The notes below the pieces were generated by a model. It did not search any database. It saw nothing but the letters and a program-made list of their open reading frames with translations, and had not been told where the DNA came from. This document shows positions 34,812 to 41,153 of a DNA stretch of 41,153 bases, one piece after another (position 1 is the first letter of the stretch; every line of letters begins with the position of its first letter). This DNA comes from Candidatus Zixiibacteriota bacterium. GTDB taxonomy: Bacteria; Zixibacteria; MSB-5A5; GN15; FEB-12. Position numbers and translations under genes: made by a program. The DNA lies in assembly GCA_024275255.1 (NCBI GenBank), contig JAJRZL010000164.1:1-41153 (forward strand), in the 5' to 3' direction.

Positions 34812-37544
34812 TCACAACATATAGTAACATGGTTCGGGACCACCACTGAACAAGTATGCCACCAGATAGGTAAGGTCGGCAACATTGATATCATCCAGAC
34901 AATCAATATTGCCTGCTTCATACGGTATCGGATCGGGTCCACCGCTGAACAGGAACGCTACCAGATACGTAAGGTCGGCAACGTTTAATCCCGGTTCACC
35001 ATCCATATCACCCGCCTGTGCCCATTGATACCCGGTATTATGAAACAGCACAGCTTCGTTGTTGGATATAACATGCTCCGGGGGAACACCATTGTTGTAG
35101 TAGCTCAAGGCATGACATTCAAATTCCGAGATACCCACCAGGGCGGTCAATTCCAAGCCGCTAACCCCAACATCACGGTATTGATAGATAATATCCCCGA
35201 AACGAGTAAGGATTATTTCAAAGTTCATGGTGGTATCACCAAACTGGTTAAAATTCGCCGGGTGATACCATTCGATAACAAGCATGTCATTGGCAGGACT
35301 TTGGTAAATATAAATCCCGCCATCGGCAACCGTCCCCTCATCAAAGATTAAATCAGCCCAGAAAGGAGCAATAAAGGTTTCAAAGGGTGCTCCCGGCACT
35401 TCAAGACCGCTATAAAACCCACCAATATTGAGATTAGAGTCAGTAAACGAAATCGCACCGTTTACACCGATAAATACTTCCGTATAACTGGTGTCATAAA
35501 AGGGAAAGCTGAAATTAATATCCCAGGGACCGGTCGTGCCATCATCAAGCGGATTTGTTCCCGATGAATAAAAAAGCGATGAGGGAACCTTAAACCCGAT
35601 ATCCTTTGCAGAAATCCAGTTATATGACGGCCCCCCCGTATCGACGGATGAAACGGCGATATATGTGGTATCAAAACAAGGAACTTCGAGAAACACCGGC
35701 ACGTACAACAACGAGTCGAGTACCCCTCCGGTGAGCCCCCAGCTTATTTCAAGGACTCCGGTATATTTCTCCACCCGGTCAGGTATTACGGAGGCATCTA
35801 CTGTCACTGCGATTGTTATAGAATCTGAGGGCGCAATAGTGCCGGTATTTGGTGTTGCTATCAGCCAGTTTTCCCCGACCCGTTTGGTAAGAGAGTCATT
35901 GTCGTTTATCTGAAAATCAAACGCTTCCGTTGTGGAACGGTTATGTAAAACAATATTCATTATCGCTTGAGAACCCTCATCAAGAGTGGTATCAAGGAAT
36001 AGTGGATTCACATAGAGTGATGGTGGTCCGGTAAGGGTTGCTATGGCAGCCTGAAGGTCTGGAAGGGGTCCGATATGTTCAGTCGTATCACCCATTTGAG
36101 GAGAACCGGTTGCAACCAGCACATCACGGATCTGGTCGGATGTCATCGGTACGCCACCGTAGGTTGCTTTATAATATCCCTGAAGACAGGCAACTGCTCC
36201 GGTAACTATTGGTGATGCCGATGAAGTCCCGCTGAATGCTGCTGTGTAGTACTGGTTCTCATCACCATTACCGTCAAACAAACCACCATATCCGGTAGTG
36301 TACACACCGGAACCATATCCTTGTAAATTTACTCGTTCACCGTAGTTTGAAAAATCCTGACGCCAGCGACTGTTAAGTGATGCCGCGGGGTATCCGGCTC
36401 CGACAATAATAGCATGGGAGTTTCGGTACGTGGTATCGAACAATGCACCATAGATAGTTGTATCGTCAAAATTCTCGGCACCATTTCCTGCAGCCTCAAC
36501 AACAGTAATCCCCTTTGCCCAGGCATACTGGATAGCATCGTAGTTTGCCTGCCAGTATTCCATACAGACATATCCGAGCTGATCGGGGCGGGATTGAAAA
36601 TCGTAGTGCGGACCGGGAGCATGTAATTCAATCAGGATAACATCACCGGCTTCCAACGAATCAATGGCAATGTAAAGTGCCGCTGCTGTCGAAATAGAGC
36701 CAATAGAAACCATCCGGATATCCGCTACGGGGCAGATACCGGTAACACCATAACCATTGTCACCAGCAATCAATTCCCCGATAACAGCCGTTCCGTGGTT
36801 CCGCCAGCTAATATCATTCAGTTCCACCCCACCGATTAACCCACCAACTGCTTTGTCCAAATCTTCATGGGTCTCCTGCCAGGCGCCTTCAATATCAACA
36901 ATCGTAACTCCTGCGCCATCACCACCCGGCAGGGTATTGGCGTAGTCGGCATCAATCCCACTGGGCGCAGCTTCCCTATAATCCTGGTTCGGTTGGTAAT
37001 CTGGTGTGGGCGGGTCGATATCCCCAGCAGGTTCCGGTGAAGGCTCCACATACGCTATTTCTACGATATCGAGTTTGTTCAACCGATTAACCAGCGCTTC
37101 CGCTTCAGCGACACTGGTAACAGTAATTTCATAGTAATTATTCAAATCCGCCAGTTCATGTTTTGATTGTAATTGCAAGACAGTACGAGCCTGTTCAAGT
37201 CTATCCTCAGGGGCAACCCTAAATAGCCGCTTCAGATTACTGAACGTAACATACTCATATACAATAGGTTCTATACCTGCTATACTCCCGCCTTTTCTAT
37301 CGACAAGCTTCCCTGCTTGTAATCGGACTGAGTATGAATCTCGAAATTTTACAACCACACGGTCAATTGAAGCTTCCGAATGTATTGTTACAAGTGTCGG
37401 TTTTTCAGGAAGTTGGCGTTTGACTAATGGATACAGTTCATGACTACCCTGTTGTTGCCGAGCAGCTTCACTTACTGGAGCAATTATCAGAATTATTATG
37501 GCGACAGACAACAAGGAAAGCAGTGCTATATTTCGAGATGACAT
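34812..37544 (-). CDS. Secreted S8 (subtilisin-like) serine peptidase with BACON-like, NIDO-like and dockerin-type domains
   Basis: Catalytic Asp (IVDIE), His (NHGTAVIG), oxyanion AAGNG, Ser (FSGTSSASP); prodomain; FPFY...NG.ISF...IAPFWADL; duplicated NVADLTYLVA.LFSGGP. Confidence 0.9.
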   Translation of the reverse strand: MSSRNIALLSLLSVAIIILIIAPVSEAARQQQGSHELYPLVKRQLPEKPTLVTIHSEASIDRVVVKFRDSYSVRLQAGKLVDRKGGSIAGIEPIVYEYVTFSNLKRLFRVAPEDRLEQARTVLQLQSKHELADLNNYYEITVTSVAEAEALVNRLNKLDIVEIAYVEPSPEPAGDIDPPTPDYQPNQDYREAAPSGIDADYANTLPGGDGAGVTIVDIEGAWQETHEDLDKAVGGLIGGVELNDISWRNHGTAVIGELIAGDNGYGVTGICPVADIRMVSIGSISTAAALYIAIDSLEAGDVILIELHAPGPHYDFQSRPDQLGYVCMEYWQANYDAIQYAWAKGITVVEAAGNGAENFDDTTIYGALFDTTYRNSHAIIVGAGYPAASLNSRWRQDFSNYGERVNLQGYGSGVYTTGYGGLFDGNGDENQYYTAAFSGTSSASPIVTGAVACLQGYYKATYGGVPMTSDQIRDVLVATGSPQMGDTTEHIGPLPDLQAAIATLTGPPSLYVNPLFLDTTLDEGSQAIMNIVLHNRSTTEAFDFQINDNDSLTKRVGENWLIATPNTGTIAPSDSITIAVTVDASVIPDRVEKYTGVLEISWGLTGGVLDSLLYVPVFLEVPCFDTTYIAVSSVDTGGPSYNWISAKDIGFKVPSSLFYSSGTNPLDDGTTGPWDINFSFPFYDTSYTEVFIGVNGAISFTDSNLNIGGFYSGLEVPGAPFETFIAPFWADLIFDEGTVADGGIYIYQSPANDMLVIEWYHPANFNQFGDTTMNFEIILTRFGDIIYQYRDVGVSGLELTALVGISEFECHALSYYNNGVPPEHVISNNEAVLFHNTGYQWAQAGDMDGEPGLNVADLTYLVAFLFSGGPDPIPYEAGNIDCLDDINVADLTYLVAYLFSGGPEPCYYML

Positions 37545-37627
37545 AAGTCCTCCACTATGGCGGTAATCTTCATGTAATGTACGGTCTGCGAGAACAAAAA
37601 CGCAGGAGTATTAAGGTTGTCATTGGT

Positions 37628-37655
37628 AATATAACTCCAACCACAATAATGTCAA
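37628..37655 (-). promoter_or_regulatory. Putative sigma70 promoter for the S8 peptidase
   Basis: TTGACA-N16-TATATT. Confidence 0.55.
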
Positions 37656-37702
37656 TATGTTATCTATTACCAATATCGGCAGGTAAAGCCGGGACAGAAG
37701 AT

Positions 37703-39112
37703 TTATATATCTATTATTTTGGGAGCTTTTATTTCAAAACGCTGCTTACCGTTCATATTCGGTACTTTTATCGGGTATTTCCCTGAAAAACAACTTGAGC
37801 AAAACGTCGTATCCGGCAGGGATTTCATCGACAGCATCCCCTTCAAAGATAAATAGCGCAGGGAATCAACCTCGAGGTATTTTTCTATCTCCTCAACGGT
37901 CATCCGGTGAGCAATTAGTTCTTTTTTCGTGGGCATATCTATCCCGAAGAAACATGGAGATACTATCGGCGGTGAAGAAACCCGGAAATGAATTTCCTTT
38001 GCCCTGGCTTCCCGGATTATTTTCACTAACTTCTTAGATGTTGTCCCTCGAACAATGGAATCATCAACCACCACCACCCGTTTTCCCTTGAGCACTCCTT
38101 TTACCGGATTGAACTTCACCTTTACATCGAGGTCACGTATTTTCTGCTGAGGGTCAATAAATGTTCTCCCAACATAATGGTTACGGATAAGCCCGATTTC
38201 AAACCTGATACCGGATTCCTCGGCATATCCCAACGTGGCGGTATTGGCTGAGTCGGGAATCCCAATAACAATATCAGCATCAACCGGACTTTCCTGAGCC
38301 AGTAACCGACCGAGACGGCGACGGACTTTGTCAACATTTTCACCGAACACGATGGAATCGGGACGAGAGAAATAAATATATTCAAAAATACAACAGGCAT
38401 GTTTTGTTTTCTTGAACGGATGAAGCGATTTCAAGTTGTGCTGTGAAATTTCCAATACTTCACCGGGTTCGATATCACGAACATAACGGGCTCCGATAAG
38501 ATCAAAAGCACAGGTTTCCGACGCCACCACCCATGCTCGTTGATATTTCCCCAGTGCCAGCGGACGGAAACCATACGGATCACGAGCAGCGATAATGGTA
38601 TCTTCAGTTAAAAAGAGCAAAGAATATGCGCCCCGTACATACCTGAGGGCATCGCAAATACGCTCCAGTCTTGTTTTCTTTGAAGAACGGGCGGCAAGAT
38701 GCAGAATTATCTCGGTATCGGAAGTCGTTTGAAAAATGGAGCCTCTGCGGTCAAGTCGTTCGCGTAGTTCGGCGGAGTTGGTCAGGTTGCCGTTATGCGC
38801 AATAGCAGTATAACGGGAACGATTTGTTATCAGAAACGGCTGTATATTTATAAGTGATGAAGCGCCGGTCGTACTGTACCGGGTATGACCGATTGCTATT
38901 TTCCCCGACAGGTTTTGCAGGATTTCTTTATTGGAGAAAACTTCCGACACCCGCCCCATTCCTCGATGGTAATGAATCGTCCCCTTGTTAGAAGTAACAA
39001 TACCGGCAGACTCCTGCCCGCGATGTTGCAGGGCATATAATCCCAGGTATGTTAATTCTGCAGCTTTGGTATGTCCGGTGATACCAAAGATACCACATTC
39101 GTCATGTATCAT
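37703..39112 (-). CDS. purF: Amidophosphoribosyltransferase (Fe-S, short-propeptide type)
   Basis: ECGIFG, LQHRGQESAG, GHTRYST, HNGNL, CIFEYIYFSRPDS, VDDSIVRGTT, CSSCFSG. Confidence 0.97.
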   Translation of the reverse strand: MIHDECGIFGITGHTKAAELTYLGLYALQHRGQESAGIVTSNKGTIHYHRGMGRVSEVFSNKEILQNLSGKIAIGHTRYSTTGASSLINIQPFLITNRSRYTAIAHNGNLTNSAELRERLDRRGSIFQTTSDTEIILHLAARSSKKTRLERICDALRYVRGAYSLLFLTEDTIIAARDPYGFRPLALGKYQRAWVVASETCAFDLIGARYVRDIEPGEVLEISQHNLKSLHPFKKTKHACCIFEYIYFSRPDSIVFGENVDKVRRRLGRLLAQESPVDADIVIGIPDSANTATLGYAEESGIRFEIGLIRNHYVGRTFIDPQQKIRDLDVKVKFNPVKGVLKGKRVVVVDDSIVRGTTSKKLVKIIREARAKEIHFRVSSPPIVSPCFFGIDMPTKKELIAHRMTVEEIEKYLEVDSLRYLSLKGMLSMKSLPDTTFCSSCFSGKYPIKVPNMNGKQRFEIKAPKIIDI

Positions 39113-39158
39113 AGCTTCTAACATACACACTCACTACGTGTAAATTTAAGAAGCGTAC

Positions 39159-39187
39159 AATCTATTCCCGCCAAAGCAAAATGTCAA
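39159..39187 (-). promoter_or_regulatory. Putative sigma70 promoter for purF
   Basis: TTGACA-N17-TAGATT. Confidence 0.55.
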
Positions 39188-39391
39188 CGATCCCTTAACG
39201 ATTATTTTCCTGTTACCTGAAATAAACCTGAAAAAAGCTGTGGAAAAGTGCCATGATTTTTGAAAAAAACTGGCGGATTGTAAAATTTCGTTGTATTATC
39301 TTATAAGTTACAAGGTCTTCAAATTGTACCTATCTTGCGTCTACGGTCTGCATGTGCAATACCGGACGGCGTAGGGAGAAGATAAAATAAA

Positions 39392-40180
39392 ATGACGATA
39401 GATTCGCAAAGCAGGTTTGAAATTATCCGCCAGATGGCGGTTGATGGTACTCATGGCGAAGATTTTAATAATGTTGCATATACTGCCCTTGCTCAAACAG
39501 CGACGTCAGCAAATTTGAAAGCCGCGGCACTTATTCTCTGGGATGAGAAACGGGAGCCGACTCTCACTGTCAGTTTTGCTGCCGAAGAAGCCGATAAAGA
39601 CAAGTTGCTGACCCTTGAAAAAGATTTATACGATACCCTTCGCCGTAATAGACAATTAAGTTCCGCCTATATGTCTTTTGACGGACAAGTACCGTTGCAC
39701 TCGTTTACCCTTCCCCTCAAATACCGGGACCAGTCATTCGGGGCTGTTATCGGGTTGCAGGAAGGCACACAAAGTATTATTTCGGAAAATGTATTTCTCG
39801 AAGCCCTGACCGCCCTACTGGCACTCAATTATGCGGCAGCATCGGCAACCAAGGAAATAACGATACCACGAGAAGCACTCGATCAGGAACGGTTGGGTGG
39901 TATTGTAGAAACAGCCATCACTGTCAACCACGAAGTAAACAACCCGTTGACTGCTATTCTCGGTAATGTCCAATTATTATTGTTCAAACGTGATGATCTC
40001 GATGACGAGTTGAAGCAAAAGCTGAAAGTTATCGAGGAATCGGCATTAAAAATCAAGGACATCACCAAGCGATTGATGCACATCACCACACCAAAATCTG
40101 TGGAATACACGAAAGGGACCACGATGCTGGACCTTTCCGATGACTCGGAGCAAGACGGTAAAAGCGGTTCCTCCGTGTAG
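39392..40180 (+). CDS. GAF-like plus HisKA (DHp) protein lacking a kinase ATPase domain
   Basis: H-box TVNHEVNNPLTAILGNVQLL; the protein ends about 80 aa later with no N/G boxes; N-terminal PL......FG.V GAF-like pattern. Confidence 0.75.
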   Translation: MTIDSQSRFEIIRQMAVDGTHGEDFNNVAYTALAQTATSANLKAAALILWDEKREPTLTVSFAAEEADKDKLLTLEKDLYDTLRRNRQLSSAYMSFDGQVPLHSFTLPLKYRDQSFGAVIGLQEGTQSIISENVFLEALTALLALNYAAASATKEITIPREALDQERLGGIVETAITVNHEVNNPLTAILGNVQLLLFKRDDLDDELKQKLKVIEESALKIKDITKRLMHITTPKSVEYTKGTTMLDLSDDSEQDGKSGSSV

Positions 40181-40181
40181 G

Positions 40182-41000
40182 CTAAAACCTATCAATATAT
40201 GTCAAACGGATTTCGCGGGTAAATGTCTCCGACTCCCGCCTGTTTTCCAGCAAGTCTTTTAACACCGCTTCTATTTCAAGGTTTTCGGTAAAGAGCCATT
40301 TAATGGAAAAGTTCAGGTATCCCCTGCCTTTCCCTGCAAACGTATAAGGAGCCCCATTCGGTAGTGATGACCGGTCATCGTTGAGAGCGGCATCCCATTC
40401 CAATAACAGCGCAAGGTTATAACGGAACGTGGCATCAAAACCAAGGAAGAAATTCAAATCTTTTTCATCATCAACATCATTCTCAAGGGAATAGTTTACT
40501 CCGACATGCCAGCCAGAGGTCCACTCATAGAAATAAAAGCTCCTGCTGGCAACTAGGTAAAACCCGCGGGATTCGAACGTGTATCGCTGCATGGCTTCGT
40601 TCCAGGCGCCATGCCCCTGCGATGAAAACCCGACCGAAACCGCCGGGAAATATTCCAGCTCATCTATCACACGAAATTTAATGTTGAACTCTATTGACGG
40701 TGACCAGTTCGGGCTTTTATTGGATATAATATCCTCTCCACCAAACGAGATACCCATTGTCAACCGGTTCGACAATCCAATATCGGTATATCCCAAAGCT
40801 CCGCCGTTGGGATAAAAGTGAGCGCTGATACTGTAATATGCTCTCGGTAATGTCCCGGCAGTAGGCATATCCACCAATACTCGTGGGGGGACATCATAGA
40901 GAGTCGAAGGAATCGAGGCATCGTTACCCTGTCCTGAAACCACTGTCGCACTACCAAGCAACCACCCACATATCATAAAACAGGCAATATATTTTTTCAT
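40182..41000 (-). CDS. Outer-membrane beta-barrel protein (YjbH-like)
   Basis: Signal peptide, LVDMPTAGTL N-motif, PAVSVG, terminal Phe; GAGGTG RBS before ATG 41000. Confidence 0.65.
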   Translation of the reverse strand: MKKYIACFMICGWLLGSATVVSGQGNDASIPSTLYDVPPRVLVDMPTAGTLPRAYYSISAHFYPNGGALGYTDIGLSNRLTMGISFGGEDIISNKSPNWSPSIEFNIKFRVIDELEYFPAVSVGFSSQGHGAWNEAMQRYTFESRGFYLVASRSFYFYEWTSGWHVGVNYSLENDVDDEKDLNFFLGFDATFRYNLALLLEWDAALNDDRSSLPNGAPYTFAGKGRGYLNFSIKWLFTENLEIEAVLKDLLENRRESETFTREIRLTYIDRF

Positions 41001-41153
41001 GGCATTCACCTCTATCCTTTCTATACCATTCGAATAAATATCTGCAACTCGAAGGTATATACAGGATTTTTTAACACGTTTCATCGGTACTACACCGTTA
41101 CAATATAGAGGATATCTCATTTTCAAACGATGAGTCAACAAAAACAGGAGAGC

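Noticed and set aside
5386-37648. Shared 11-mer CAACCACAATA near two promoters of dockerin genes (5386-5396, 37638-37648); also vaguely NrdR-box-like
   Set aside because: 11-mer matches are expected by chance across several kb of AT-rich intergenic DNA; position relative to the -10 differs; not palindromic like an NrdR box
41053-41140. CTCAT-N9-ATGAG dyad overlapping a possible promoter near the window end
   Set aside because: Only 5-bp arms, does not match CIRCE, upstream context truncated

Overview
Chromosomal window from a Gram-negative bacterium. The C-terminal 'D-L-T-Y-L-V-x-Y-L-F-x-G-G-P' dockerin-type tags, the exbB-exbD-exbD-tonB layout and the general gene style suggest the FCB group, most likely Zixibacteria (inference). 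About 30 CDSs; I see no rRNA, tRNA, CRISPR array, integrase or transposase. Housekeeping genes: acs, ackA, hbd-like, dxr, rseP, lepB, purF, a cyclophilin, a KefC-like antiporter and a flippase. Most interesting items: (1) a candidate cellulosome-like proteolytic assembly, with two secreted dockerin-tagged peptidases (M1, S8) and a non-catalytic cohesin-like/5xBACON/dockerin putative scaffold; (2) a Lon protease with an intact Ser-Lys dyad but degenerate cis-acting ATPase motifs; (3) a Zn-ribbon microprotein and a Hel308/Ski2-like helicase fused to a winged-helix domain, which has its own in-frame internal RBS+ATG, behind a near-consensus promoter containing a palindrome; (4) an unannotated ~180-nt structured RNA candidate between lon and the scaffold gene; (5) a receptor-less TPR/ExbB/2xExbD/2xTonB motor locus next to a secreted protein with three TonB-C-like domains. 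All domain calls are by eye from motifs, without database searches.
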